A stretch of DNA of 64,000 nucleotides from Nitrospirota bacterium (GCA_963790025.1 CAWBMP010000005.1:224001-288000); one strand, 5' to 3'; shown: positions 31,114-41,745, counted from the first letter of the stretch. Numbers and translations: made by a program. The notes: generated from the sequence alone by a model not told the origin.

Positions 31114-31563
31114 TTATGACAGCTCAAGCGCTTTTTTTACCGCATCTTCGGCACTGCTTGCCCTGACTATACCTTTTATGTCCCAGGTGCCGATGCCGAT
31201 CACGGTTTTTCCGGTCTTGAGAGCGAAGGCTATTTCGGAAAGGGTGCCGTATTCTCCTCCGACAGCGATCAGGGCATCGGCGCAACGGACGATAATAACA
31301 TTCCTTCCTTCTCCTAATCCTGTGGCTACCGGCACATCTATATAGGGATTGGCGGCGCTCTTTTCGAGCCCGGGCAGTATGCCCACCGTCATACCGCCCC
31401 CGGACGTTGCTCCCCTGGCAGCGGCCTCCATCACCCCGCCGAGTCCGCCGCACACCAGGATAGCCCCGCTGAGAGCGATGAACCTTCCAACTTCTTCTGC
31501 AACAGTCAACAGAGCTTCACCTGCATTTCCGGCGCCTATGACTCCGATGATCTTTTTCTCCAT
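31114..31563 (-). CDS. TIGR00725-like LOG/Rossmann-fold protein
   Basis: IGVIG, CGGLGGVMEA, GILPG, RN, GGEYGTLSEIAFAL. Confidence 0.85.
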   Translation of the reverse strand: MEKKIIGVIGAGNAGEALLTVAEEVGRFIALSGAILVCGGLGGVMEAAARGATSGGGMTVGILPGLEKSAANPYIDVPVATGLGEGRNVIIVRCADALIAVGGEYGTLSEIAFALKTGKTVIGIGTWDIKGIVRASSAEDAVKKALELS

Positions 31564-31636
31564 AAGGATAATTATAATCCATCTGAACAGAAAACAGGCA
31601 CTCGATGCATTACGAACGAAAACTGTCCACATTGCA

Positions 31637-34063
31637 TTACAACTTGAATCTTCTGAATATATAGAACTTAGGGAAATCAATACCGAGCGTAACAACTGCC
31701 GAAAATACCAGAACGCTGAGAACCTGATAAGACGTGAGGGACGGAACAAAGATACCGTACACGCCCAACAATGCAAAACCGATTATGGTGCTCGCGCTCA
31801 GGATAAGCAACTCCCTCCCAGGCATGGAGGACCAGAAGTGCCTTCTCTCTCTAACTATCAGCACTCTGAACTGACTGTTGAATATCAGATTCAGCATGAC
31901 AAGGGTGCGCAGCTTTTCCCATTCGAGATTAAAATAATCCTTACCTATCAGGATGACCAGCATCCCTTCGATAACCAGGAGCATCCCGGGGACAAGCGAT
32001 GCGAGAGTGATATTCTTTACATTCCACATGTTTGGATTTGGCGTATGTTTTACATTGTCGGTAGCCAGAGACATAGTTACGAAATCGTTTGCAAACACGA
32101 GCAGCGACATCCCGAGCAGAGAGAGCACAATGCCATGGAGCCAGAAGAAACTCAGGGTCAGCAGACCGACGAACTCTATAACTTTCGTAACCTTATTTAT
32201 AACCCATGTCAGCATCCTCTGATAGGTCTGCCTGCTTATTGTTATCGCATTGATTATGACGCTTATACCAGGTTCGGTCAGGACTACGCTTGCAGACGCT
32301 TTTGCCACGTCGGTCGCATTGCTCACTGCTATCCCCATCTCCGACTGTTTGAGGGCCGGCGCGTCGTTGACACCGTCTCCGGTCATCCCTACCATATGAC
32401 CCCTGGACTGCAGGAGTGTCACAATTTTGTACTTCTCTTCCGGATAAATCTCTGCAAACCCGTCACCTTCTTCGACAACCTCCATCTGCCTATTCTCGCT
32501 CAAGCCCTCAATATCTGCCATCCGGACGATGTTTCCGCCGATCCCCGCCTGGAGGGCTATCTCTTTAGCTATGGCCATGCTGTCGCCGGTAAGCATTATC
32601 GGCTTTATTCCCAGCTTTCTTGCCTGTTCTATCATGCTTTTTGAGTCAGGCCTGAGAGGATCAGCCAGTGACAACAATCCTGCAAGTTCAAGATTATTCA
32701 GGTCGGAGCCTGCGGATCGGGCTACTGCTATTGTTCTGTACCCTTTCCGGGAAAATTCTTCTATTATCCCGTTGGCCTTCTCCATGTCTTCTTTTTGGAT
32801 ACCCCGGCACATGGATATAATTACCTGGACTGCGCCTTTAACAGCTCTAAAACGTTTTCCTTCGATTTCGATTATCGCCTCGGTCCTCTTAATCGATGGA
32901 TTAAATGGGGTATAGGAAATGCACTTGTAGGATTTTAAATCCACCCTCATACTTTCCGCGTATCCAATAACCGCAAGGTCTATAATGTCCATTCCTTCCT
33001 GTTGTGAGGCCAGGGCGGCTGTGGTGACAACATCCTCCTCCATATACCCGGAAAGCGGTATGCTTTCGGAAACCGATAATTTATTCTGTGTTATAGTGCC
33101 TGTCTTATCCAGGCAGAGGATATCGATCGAGGCGGCGTCTTCGATCGAATCGAGTCTGGTCACAAGTGCCCCTTTTTTGGCAAGCTCCATTGCTCCGACG
33201 GACTGGACTATCGTAAGCACGGCCGGAAGGGCCACGGGGACTGCGCCCATAAGAAAGATTACAGCCAGGGTCAGTACAGTAACAATATGTTCTTCCAATC
33301 TCATAGTCGCACCGTATATCAAAATTAACATCAGTGCGGCTATACCCAGATACATCATATATCTGACTATAGCCATCATTACTTCCCCCTGGTGGGACTT
33401 CGGCTTTGCCTTTTTTATAAGCTCAGCTGTTTTGCCGAAGTATGTGTTTGCGCCGGTATTGACAACCGCACACCTTGCCTCGCCGCGCCTTACTACGGAA
33501 CTCGAGTAAATTATGTCCGCCTGATGTGTCTGCATGGGGAGGGATTCTCCGGTCAGCGCCGATTGATCAATGGAAAGTTCTCCGCTAATAATTTTGGCAT
33601 CAGCCGGCACGATATCTCCGAGTTTAACGGCGATGACGTCTCCGGGCACAAGTTCTTTGGCCTCTTTCATGACCCACTTCCCATTACGCAATACTTTAGC
33701 TTTGATCGCCAGCTTCTTCTTGAGGAGTTCGACCGCTTTTTGCGAACCGCGTGAATGGACGTGGCCGATAACGGCATTCACGGTCAGCAGCACAAAAATT
33801 ATTATGCCCTCAAGATAATGTCTCAATATAAGCGAAAGCCCCATTCCAAGCTCCAGCAGCCATGGCATAGGTCCCCAATAGCGCAGCAGAAAATCAAGAA
33901 GGGCATTCTTCTTTTTCTCCACTATTTCGTTATACCCGAAAACCTCAAGGCGTTTCACGGCATCGGACCCTGCAAGCCCGTCTTTGGAAGTCCCAAGGAT
34001 ATTCAGAGACTCTTCAATCGAGACAGTCTTGTATTCAGATGTGTTTCTGACTCTTTGATCCAT
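31637..34063 (-). CDS. Plasma-membrane proton-efflux P-type ATPase (type IIIA)
   Basis: [36 protein letters not shown]...LATD; ATG after GAGGAG. Confidence 0.9.
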   Translation of the reverse strand: MDQRVRNTSEYKTVSIEESLNILGTSKDGLAGSDAVKRLEVFGYNEIVEKKKNALLDFLLRYWGPMPWLLELGMGLSLILRHYLEGIIIFVLLTVNAVIGHVHSRGSQKAVELLKKKLAIKAKVLRNGKWVMKEAKELVPGDVIAVKLGDIVPADAKIISGELSIDQSALTGESLPMQTHQADIIYSSSVVRRGEARCAVVNTGANTYFGKTAELIKKAKPKSHQGEVMMAIVRYMMYLGIAALMLILIYGATMRLEEHIVTVLTLAVIFLMGAVPVALPAVLTIVQSVGAMELAKKGALVTRLDSIEDAASIDILCLDKTGTITQNKLSVSESIPLSGYMEEDVVTTAALASQQEGMDIIDLAVIGYAESMRVDLKSYKCISYTPFNPSIKRTEAIIEIEGKRFRAVKGAVQVIISMCRGIQKEDMEKANGIIEEFSRKGYRTIAVARSAGSDLNNLELAGLLSLADPLRPDSKSMIEQARKLGIKPIMLTGDSMAIAKEIALQAGIGGNIVRMADIEGLSENRQMEVVEEGDGFAEIYPEEKYKIVTLLQSRGHMVGMTGDGVNDAPALKQSEMGIAVSNATDVAKASASVVLTEPGISVIINAITISRQTYQRMLTWVINKVTKVIEFVGLLTLSFFWLHGIVLSLLGMSLLVFANDFVTMSLATDNVKHTPNPNMWNVKNITLASLVPGMLLVIEGMLVILIGKDYFNLEWEKLRTLVMLNLIFNSQFRVLIVRERRHFWSSMPGRELLILSASTIIGFALLGVYGIFVPSLTSYQVLSVLVFSAVVTLGIDFPKFYIFRRFKL

Positions 34064-34371
34064 TAAAGGCTCCTCGTTCAACAATGCTCCAAAGCATTTT
34101 ATTCATCTCCTTATATTCAGAGTGTACCACCGCTACGCTAATTTTTACAGTCATCGGACAAAATTACCGGCGCGGCACAAAAAGGCCGGTGATATCACAT
34201 TTCCGGGCTGTCAGACTTGACATTGGCTTTTAAGCTGATAACATTTATTAATGGCAAGGCGGGCGGCAGAAATCGCTGATAACTGCGCGAGATGTCACCG
34301 GCAGTTTCAAATATAGTCAACCGCAGCGGCTTCTTTTTGAAAATTATATTTTAACATTGGAGGAGGTATTT

Positions 34372-35802
34372 ATGAAAAGAGTAAGCGGAGCAAAGACTGT
34401 CTTAACCATTTTATCGGTAATGATTATCGGCAGTTTTTTGATTTCTCTTACAGCCTGTGAAAAAAATCACGGTGGTGATAAGGTAATTGGCTTTCCGCAA
34501 TCGTTTGCGGACCTCGCACAGCGGGTAGAACCGGCGGTTGTAAATATCAGCACTACATCCACTGTAAAAGTCCCGGGCAACCCATTCAGACAATTTTTCG
34601 GACCTGACCAGGGAAGCCCTTTTGGAGATTTTTTTCACAACTATTTCGGCGATATTCCCGACAGGACCCTGAAGCAGCAGAGCCTGGGTTCGGGGTTTAT
34701 AATCGATAAGGAAGGCTATATCATAACAAACAATCATGTTGTGGAGGATGCAGAGGAAATAAAGGTCAAACTCACCGATGGAAGGGAATTCAAGGCAAAG
34801 GTCATTGGGAAGGACCGTAAGACAGATCTTGCCTTGATCAAGATTTCATCTATATTCAAGGAACTCCCGACTATTTCTCTTGGAGATTCGGACGCGATTA
34901 GAGTTGGTGACTGGGTGCTTGCAGTAGGAAATCCTTTTGGACTCGAACACACTGTTACTCAGGGGATAATCAGCGCTACCGGCAGAGTAATAGGTGCAGG
35001 TCCATATGACAATTTTCTCCAGACTGATGCCCCTATCAACCCGGGAAACAGCGGAGGACCCCTGATCAACCTGAGGGGGGAAGTTATCGGAATCAATACC
35101 GCTATAATACAGAGCGGGCAGGGTATAGGCTTTTCCATCCCCGCCAAGATGGCCAGGGAGATAATCCCCCAGCTTAAAGCAAAAGGAAAGGTGGTAAGGG
35201 GATGGATAGGGGTATCAGTCCAAACTATAACGCCTGATTTATCACAGTCATTAGGTTTGCCGAGTACAAACGGTGCGCTCGTTGCAGATGTGGTGCCTGG
35301 CGGTCCCGCCGATTCTGCCGGCATCAAACAAGGTGATGTCATTGTCACCTTTGACGGGAAAGAGATCAAAAACAATTCAGATCTTTCTTTTGACGTTGCC
35401 GCAACGGAGATTGGAAAAACTGTCCCGGTGACGGTGCGAAGGAACTTAAAAGAGGTGACACTCAAGCTGACTGTAGCCGAAATGTCGGCCCAACAGGTCG
35501 CTTCTCAGATCCCTGTTCCACAGCGGATCGGGATGGCAGTAAATAATATAACTCCGGAATTAAAGAAAGAATTCGACATTAGAGAATCTAAAGGCGTTGT
35601 TGTAGTGTCCGTTGATCCAGGAAGTCCCGCAGACGATGCGGGCATTCAACCTGGTGATGTAATCAGGGAAGTGAACCGCATGCCGGTCAAGGATAATAGA
35701 GATTACGAAAGGGCAATGACCAAAACGGCGAAAGGCAACCAAAGCCTTTTACTAATTAAAAGAGGGGGACAGAATTTTTATGTTTCGCTTAGTGTCTCGT
35801 GA
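34372..35802 (+). CDS. Do/DegQ-family HtrA serine endoprotease with two PDZ domains
   Basis: TNNHV, DLAL, QTDAPINPGNSGG; signal peptide with lipobox-like LTAC. Confidence 0.93.
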   Translation: MKRVSGAKTVLTILSVMIIGSFLISLTACEKNHGGDKVIGFPQSFADLAQRVEPAVVNISTTSTVKVPGNPFRQFFGPDQGSPFGDFFHNYFGDIPDRTLKQQSLGSGFIIDKEGYIITNNHVVEDAEEIKVKLTDGREFKAKVIGKDRKTDLALIKISSIFKELPTISLGDSDAIRVGDWVLAVGNPFGLEHTVTQGIISATGRVIGAGPYDNFLQTDAPINPGNSGGPLINLRGEVIGINTAIIQSGQGIGFSIPAKMAREIIPQLKAKGKVVRGWIGVSVQTITPDLSQSLGLPSTNGALVADVVPGGPADSAGIKQGDVIVTFDGKEIKNNSDLSFDVAATEIGKTVPVTVRRNLKEVTLKLTVAEMSAQQVASQIPVPQRIGMAVNNITPELKKEFDIRESKGVVVVSVDPGSPADDAGIQPGDVIREVNRMPVKDNRDYERAMTKTAKGNQSLLLIKRGGQNFYVSLSVS

Positions 35803-35829
35803 AACTGAGATCGCCGAAGGACAATAGTG

Positions 35830-35855
35830 AAAAGGCGCCGCAAACTCGCGGCGCC
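35830..35855 (-). terminator. Intrinsic terminator hairpin
   Basis: GGCGCCGC/GCGGCGCC stem, T-tract on the minus strand, between convergent genes. Confidence 0.55.
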
Positions 35856-35896
35856 CGCTCTTCAGGCTGAATCAATCTCCCCAACTATCTCTTGTT

Positions 35897-36460
35897 TCAC
35901 TGAAGATTGCAAGCGATAATGGGAGCTGAACTGTCAGCCAATTTGGCAATATACATGCCACCTCTCTCCTGGTACCTTATGTTCACCTGATCACCAACCT
36001 TAATGTGATGGAAATCAGTGTTCATATTGCACGCCAATACAGTTGATGATGAGAATCCGCCCTCACTTGCATATTGCATCATGGAATCATCTCGCACCAG
36101 CGATGGAGATACGGATGGTCCGAGAGCACTCAGAGTCAGCGTGTCTGCATGCTTGTTAATAGCCACGACCTCACCTGCAAATGAACCGCCGCTTTTCACA
36201 GCACCACTAAATGCCGGTGCCAAATTATCATCTCTTGCAATCAGTGGCGATACGGCCGGCGAAATTGAAGATACAGCTGTGCCTGTCTCTCCAAATGTCC
36301 CTTTCTGGAAAATCCCGATTGTGGGTGAAAAGTAATCATCGTTCACAATCTTTGGTGATACCAGGGGCCCGCCTCCCCACATGTAGTTTCCGGCAAAGGC
36401 GACACTCAGAAAAGACAGTGCGAAAAACACTGCTAGTACCACTGTAAACATCCTTCTCAT
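35897..36460 (-). CDS. Secreted hypothetical protein with three VSPxxxxDD repeats and an OB-fold-like region
   Basis: Signal peptide ending AFA; GGAGG RBS; GEVVAIN...TLTL and IKVGDQVNIRY. Confidence 0.7.
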   Translation of the reverse strand: MRRMFTVVLAVFFALSFLSVAFAGNYMWGGGPLVSPKIVNDDYFSPTIGIFQKGTFGETGTAVSSISPAVSPLIARDDNLAPAFSGAVKSGGSFAGEVVAINKHADTLTLSALGPSVSPSLVRDDSMMQYASEGGFSSSTVLACNMNTDFHHIKVGDQVNIRYQERGGMYIAKLADSSAPIIACNLQ

Positions 36461-36766
36461 TTAATCTCACCTCCCGATGAGGATTTACAACCACTTCCCC
36501 TTCCTCTTTCACAAAAGGTTTGGGTTACCGGTACTTCCTGTTTCTGATAATAGTATACCAATTTCATCCTGTTTCTGCAATTAGGATATTCCTAAAGGGA
36601 AAGATGCAACCGGCGGGGACAGTGCTATTTTCAATATTTCTTAGTGAAATTGACAAGAAAGATCGTATACTATAAGTTAAAACAATGTCGGCTACAGTCA
36701 GGCATAGTAAAACCTGATAAGGAGGCGTATTGGCAGGTATATGCAACATGCCAATATGATATAAAA

Positions 36767-38296
36767 ATGGGCCTTTACGATATGACGTTTTACGATGTGG
36801 TTTGCCGGAACGCGGTATGCCATAAAAACAGACCTGCCTGGTTCGAGGTTGATGATGGCAGGGAGCTGACGTTTGCCCAATATAAGGAACTGGTCGACTG
36901 CCTTGCATGCGGTCTTCAGAAACTCGGTGTCCGGCAGAATGACCGCATTGGTGTTCTGGCAAAAAATAGTCTGGAATTCTTTCTCCTGTACGGAGCAGCC
37001 GGAGCGATCGGGGCCATTATGCTGCCGGTCAATTGCAGACTTTCCGCCAACGAGATCGCATTCAACCTGAATGACTGCAAACCAGGGACCATTTTTGCCG
37101 ATCCCGAATACCAGGCCACTATAAATGAATGCCGGGACAAACTTCCGATGGTGAAGACGTTTTGCAGCCTCAAATCCGGATCGGAGGGTTTTGAGGATAT
37201 CAAGACCCTGCTGGCAAATGACGGTGTTTTTACCAGGGCAGATGTTTCTTCAACTGATGGGCTGGTGATTATTCATACCGCGGCCATTGCCGGAAGACCC
37301 AGAGGCGCTTTCCTCAGTCATGAGAACGTGCTGTGTTCGAACATGCACTTCAAAGACTGTCTGAAAATAACTCCCGCGGACGTGCATCTGAACCTTCTTC
37401 CCATGTTTCACGTCGCCGGACTTTTAACCGCGACCAGCGCGTTCCATGCAGGCGCCCTTAATGTGAACATGAGTAAATTCGATGCCGTGAAAGCTGTGGA
37501 CCTTATCGAGGAAAAGAAAGTCTCATTCCTTTTCGACTTCACGCCCATACTTTCCAACATTCTGGTCCAGCAGGCGAAATCGGGGAAAGACATTCGTGCG
37601 CTCAGGGCCGTGATCGGGCTGGATGTGCCCGAAACTATAGAGAAATACCAGGATATATCCGGCGGAACGTTTTACTGCTTCTACGGACAGACAGAGACAT
37701 CGTGCCTGGCAACAGTCGGTCCTTATAACGATCGCCCGGGCTCTGCAGGACAACCCATCCTGCTTGGAGACGTGCGTTTGGTGGATGATGATGACAACCC
37801 TGTCCCTTCAGGACAATCCGGGGAAATTATACTGCGGGGTCCCATGGTCTTTCGAGGTTATTGGAACCTGCCGGATGACAACGCTTATACCTTCCGCAAC
37901 GGATGGCACCATACCGGAGACATCGGCCGCTTTGATGAAGAAGGCTTTTTATGGTATGTGGGGCGCAAAGCCGAGAAAGAGCTTATCAAGCCGGGTGGAG
38001 AAAACGTCTATCCCGCTGAAGTGGAAAATGCCGTGCTGCAACATCCGGCTGTGGAGAAATGCGTGGTGATCGGAGTTCCCGATCCCAAATGGAAGGAAGG
38101 GATTAAGGCAGTGTGCCAGTTAAAAACGGGAATGGGCCTGACCGCTGAGGAATTGGTCAAATTCGTCGCTTCGAGAATTGCCAGCTATAAGAAGCCTCAG
38201 TATGTGCAGTTCATACCCGAAATTCCGCTGCTCAGCGACGGCACTCCGGACCGGCCCAAAGTAAAAGAATTATATGGCGGCGAGCAGAACAGATGA
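36767..38296 (+). CDS. AMP-binding acyl-CoA synthetase family protein
   Basis: LPMFH, YGQTE, GWHHTGD, IKPGGENVYPAEVE; atypical P-loop HTAAIAGRPRG. Confidence 0.88.
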   Translation: MGLYDMTFYDVVCRNAVCHKNRPAWFEVDDGRELTFAQYKELVDCLACGLQKLGVRQNDRIGVLAKNSLEFFLLYGAAGAIGAIMLPVNCRLSANEIAFNLNDCKPGTIFADPEYQATINECRDKLPMVKTFCSLKSGSEGFEDIKTLLANDGVFTRADVSSTDGLVIIHTAAIAGRPRGAFLSHENVLCSNMHFKDCLKITPADVHLNLLPMFHVAGLLTATSAFHAGALNVNMSKFDAVKAVDLIEEKKVSFLFDFTPILSNILVQQAKSGKDIRALRAVIGLDVPETIEKYQDISGGTFYCFYGQTETSCLATVGPYNDRPGSAGQPILLGDVRLVDDDDNPVPSGQSGEIILRGPMVFRGYWNLPDDNAYTFRNGWHHTGDIGRFDEEGFLWYVGRKAEKELIKPGGENVYPAEVENAVLQHPAVEKCVVIGVPDPKWKEGIKAVCQLKTGMGLTAEELVKFVASRIASYKKPQYVQFIPEIPLLSDGTPDRPKVKELYGGEQNR

Positions 38297-38320
38297 TATC
38301 AAATAGTAAAGGGGGGATAT

Positions 38321-39346
38321 ATGAATTTAGCTGAGCTAAGGGAAAACGCAAAAGAAAAGCTGAAAGGCTATTGCCGGGTGTGCCCTGTTTGTAATGGCAG
38401 GGTATGCGCAGGAGAAGTGCCGGGCATGGGAGGCGCAGGAACAGGGAGCGCCTTTATCGGTAACCTGGAGGCCCTGGCTAAATACCGTTTTAATATGCGG
38501 ACTATTCATGAGGTTAAAACAGTAGATACTTCAATAGACCTGTGGGGAAATAAACTCTCCATCCCTGTTTTAGCCGCGCCCATTACAGGGACAACCTATA
38601 ACATGGGCGGTAAAATCACAGAAGAAGATTTTATCGAGGCAATGATAGCAGGTTCCCTGGCGGCCGGCACTCTGGGTATGACAGGCGACGCTGCCGACCC
38701 TGCACTGTGGAAGAGTTCCATGCAGGCCATCGCATCAAACAAGGGTAAGGCAATTGCAATCATCAAGCCGAGAGAGCAGAAAGAAATTATCAGCCGCATC
38801 CGGGATGCGGAAAAGGCCGGGGCGTCAGCGGTTGGTATGGACATTGACGGGGCCGGATTAATCACAATGGCGTTAAAAGGCCAGCCGGTGAGTCCTAAAA
38901 CTCCCAAGGAAATAAGGGAAGTGATATCAGCAACGAAGTTACCCTTTATTCTGAAAGGCATCATGACACCCATCGAGGCTGAACTGGCCATGGAAGCCGG
39001 AGCAGCGGCTATCGTCGTCTCAAACCACGGAGGACGGGTGCTTGATCATACGCCGGGGACAGCAGATGTCCTGCCTGACATTGCGGAGCGGGTAAAAGGC
39101 AAGTTAATTATTTTTGTGGACGGGGGTGTGCGTACCGGTGCGGACGTGCTGAAACTTATGGCACTGGGGGCCGATGCCGTTCTCGTCGGCAGACCATTGG
39201 TAGTGGGAGCTTTTGGCCTCGGTCCGGACGGAGTGACATTTCTTATAAATAAAATGAAGGATGAGCTTGTCCAGGCCATGCTGCTGACAGGGACCTCCGA
39301 CGTAAAGCATGTCAAAAAAGATATTTTATATGGTAATAGCGCATAA
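38321..39346 (+). CDS. FMN-dependent alpha-hydroxy-acid oxidase/dehydrogenase
   Basis: ILKGI, VSNHGGR, DGGVRTG, VGRP; N-terminal CRVCPVC...C. Confidence 0.9.
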   Translation: MNLAELRENAKEKLKGYCRVCPVCNGRVCAGEVPGMGGAGTGSAFIGNLEALAKYRFNMRTIHEVKTVDTSIDLWGNKLSIPVLAAPITGTTYNMGGKITEEDFIEAMIAGSLAAGTLGMTGDAADPALWKSSMQAIASNKGKAIAIIKPREQKEIISRIRDAEKAGASAVGMDIDGAGLITMALKGQPVSPKTPKEIREVISATKLPFILKGIMTPIEAELAMEAGAAAIVVSNHGGRVLDHTPGTADVLPDIAERVKGKLIIFVDGGVRTGADVLKLMALGADAVLVGRPLVVGAFGLGPDGVTFLINKMKDELVQAMLLTGTSDVKHVKKDILYGNSA

Positions 39347-39354
39347 CAGCTTCC

Positions 39355-40281
39355 ATGCATGAGATATTTTTTTCGTTTACCCTCATTGTTTGCGCCGGAG
39401 TTCTTTTCCGGCGCTTGAGGGTGGGCGGTCCCGATGCCGACTCGGTGCGCCTTGCGATTAACGCCTCCGTATTCAACCTGTTCCTGCCTGCCCTGTGTAT
39501 AAAGACGGTCTATTCATCAGGGATAGATATTGATACCATGCTGGTGCCCGTAACTGCCGGGCTTACAACCATCATTATAATGCTGATTTCCCTCGCTGCT
39601 TATTCTGTCCTGGAGAAAAGAATGAATATAGCCAAACCGGAAAAGGGCGTCCTGGTAATCTCAGCCACATTCGGCAATGTGGTTTACCTCGGACTCCCTG
39701 TTATCACGGGGCTTTACGGAGACGGGGCGGCAAAATATGCGCTCTTTTACGACCTCTTTGCCGCAACCCCTTTGCTATGGCTTCTGGGCGCATCACTGGC
39801 TTCGAGATATGGGAGAAGCGAGAAAATTGCGACCAGGGACTCTCTTAAAATAATAGCGTCCCTGCCGCCTATATGGGGATTGCTTGCCGGGATGGCAATT
39901 AAAGCGGCAGGAATCGGGCTTCCTGCATTTATTGTAAAAACCCTCGATATGCTTGGCGGCCTTGTCATACCACTGATGGTTTTCAGTATCGGGCTGGCTC
40001 TCACCCTGCCGAAAGTTAAACATGCTTCTCTCATCGTTCCAGCCGTGATAATTAAACTTGCCGTGGCCCCGTTCATCGCTTTTACGATAGCGAACCTCCT
40101 CGGCATGAAAGGGGACGCCCTCTCATCCTGCCTTATCGAAGGGGCTATGCCCACCATGGTCTTGTCCCTTCTGATCGCATCGCGGTTCGGGCTCGACACA
40201 TCACTGGCAGGCTTTGTAATTGTCGTTACCACAGTGTTATCGTTCTTCACCCTGCCTGTAGCCGTATCCTTGACCAGATAA
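39355..40281 (+). CDS. AEC (auxin efflux carrier) family transporter
   Basis: FGNVVYLGLP, IKLAVAP, AMPT; about 10 TM helices. Confidence 0.85.
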   Translation: MHEIFFSFTLIVCAGVLFRRLRVGGPDADSVRLAINASVFNLFLPALCIKTVYSSGIDIDTMLVPVTAGLTTIIIMLISLAAYSVLEKRMNIAKPEKGVLVISATFGNVVYLGLPVITGLYGDGAAKYALFYDLFAATPLLWLLGASLASRYGRSEKIATRDSLKIIASLPPIWGLLAGMAIKAAGIGLPAFIVKTLDMLGGLVIPLMVFSIGLALTLPKVKHASLIVPAVIIKLAVAPFIAFTIANLLGMKGDALSSCLIEGAMPTMVLSLLIASRFGLDTSLAGFVIVVTTVLSFFTLPVAVSLTR

Positions 40282-40294
40282 GAAGATAAGAGCC

Positions 40295-40690
40295 TTACTT
40301 GACCCGGTTGTCTTCATCTCCGGCACCGGATTGTAAGTCGGATGGCGAGTGCCTGGCAACAAAGAAAAACCCAAAGGAAATGAAAATGCTGATACAGGCC
40401 ACTGTGTATGCGAGTGATTTCCCATGCCATAACCCGACAAACCATTCCCTTAACTCATCCGCAAGCACATTAGCCTTTCCGCCATAAAGTTCTAAATCAT
40501 GTTTATACATCTTGGAATTCTCAGGCATAATCTGATAAACATTTCCACCTTCTACTGCATAACCCAGAACACTGTCCGAACCATTCCCGGCTGTCAGATA
40601 AAGCAAGAGGGCACTGCCCAAGCCAACCAGCAGGATAATGAGGCTGAAAAGGTAAAGGCGTGTTTGCAGATTTGTGGTTTTCCATTTCAT
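40295..40690 (-). CDS. Hypothetical two-TM membrane protein
   Basis: Two hydrophobic helices flanking LELYGGKANVLA...WHG. Confidence 0.65.
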   Translation of the reverse strand: MKWKTTNLQTRLYLFSLIILLVGLGSALLLYLTAGNGSDSVLGYAVEGGNVYQIMPENSKMYKHDLELYGGKANVLADELREWFVGLWHGKSLAYTVACISIFISFGFFFVARHSPSDLQSGAGDEDNRVK

Positions 40691-40806
40691 GGTATGCCTT
40701 TTCCTCCCCGGGCTTCCGTCACCATATTCTTATTATATCCATAATAGAGCACGATCTGAATTAAAGTAAAGAAGCATCATTTTCCTGCGGTCCATTTTTG
40801 CAGTTA

Positions 40807-40900
40807 TGCAAAAGAAACGTCCCCTTTTGCAATTATGCCAAAGATTGATGGATTAAACCCTTTGAAAATCAACCCATTCATCATTGGCATGAGGAATGCA
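40807..40900 (+). promoter_or_regulatory. Sigma54 promoter with upstream dyad (candidate activator site)
   Basis: TGGCATGAGGAATGCA at 40885-40900 (-24 GG, -12 GC); TGCAAAAG/CTTTTGCA at 40807-40831; IHF-like AATCAA between them. Confidence 0.65.
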
Positions 40901-40949
40901 TATATAAAGGTAAGATGCAGACAAGAGTACAAGAAGGAGGTACAAAGAG

Positions 40950-41276
40950 ATGAAAAAGGGTGAGATGGCAAAAAAGGGATTATATACCGGAGCAGGAGCA
41001 GGATTGGTCTTATTTGCACTAATGGGGTTGCTGCCCGGGTCATTTATAGGCGGCGTCATCGGGATCAACATAGCGGGCAGTATTTTTGGGCTGCCACTGG
41101 AAGCAACGGTGCTGCCGAGGATCATAGTTGGAGCATCTATGGTAATGGGAGTGATGCTGGCCGGGGTGGTATTTGTTGTGGGCAGTGCATTGATCGCCTG
41201 GCTCGTAGGTCATGCTGTTGATGTTGTCAGGGAAGGCAGGACCGTTGTCGTGGAACATACAATTAAAAGCAAATAA
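40950..41276 (+). CDS. Gly-rich small membrane protein, paralogue 1
   Basis: AGGAGG RBS; GLLPGSFIGG and PRIIV; similar to the next gene. Confidence 0.8.
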   Translation: MKKGEMAKKGLYTGAGAGLVLFALMGLLPGSFIGGVIGINIAGSIFGLPLEATVLPRIIVGASMVMGVMLAGVVFVVGSALIAWLVGHAVDVVREGRTVVVEHTIKSK

Positions 41277-41308
41277 TAAAATACAATACAATAAAGGAGG
41301 AAAATAAA

Positions 41309-41656
41309 ATGTCAACCAACAGCAGGCACGGAAGCGAGAATGAGATGGCAAAAAAGGGATTGTATATAGGTACAGGAATGGGACTGATACTGTTTGTCCT
41401 GGTGGGGCTGCTTCCGGGAATATTTATCGGGGGCATGGGCGGATTGAAGATCGGGGAGATACTGTTCGGGGCCGTAACAGCCGGGGCGATAATGCCGAGA
41501 CTGATTGTTGCTTTTTCCATGATACTGGGGCTGCTTATGTCGGCGGTTGTTTTTATCGTCGGGTCCGGAGTGCTGGGCTGGACAGTGGGTTTTATAGCAG
41601 ATGCGGTCAAGACCAGCAAGGTTACGGTGACAGAGACTTCGGAAAAGAATGCCTGA
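41309..41656 (+). CDS. Gly-rich small membrane protein, paralogue 2
   Basis: AGGAGG RBS; GLLPGIFIGG and PRLIV; 21 identical nt shared with paralogue 1. Confidence 0.8.
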   Translation: MSTNSRHGSENEMAKKGLYIGTGMGLILFVLVGLLPGIFIGGMGGLKIGEILFGAVTAGAIMPRLIVAFSMILGLLMSAVVFIVGSGVLGWTVGFIADAVKTSKVTVTETSEKNA

Positions 41657-41717
41657 ATAGTATAAAGCAAAATAAAGTACTCGTTGCCATGAGCTTGAAA
41701 CGGGTATCTCCAACAGA

Positions 41718-41745
41718 GACCTTCCGGGCTGAAGCCCGGAAGGTC
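41718..41745. terminator. Hairpin between convergent genes
   Basis: GACCTTCCGGGC / GCCCGGAAGGTC 12-bp stem. Confidence 0.6.

Noticed and set aside
31349..32644. 431-aa plus-strand ORF
   Set aside because: Antisense shadow of the H+-ATPase and LOG-like genes; no recognisable motifs
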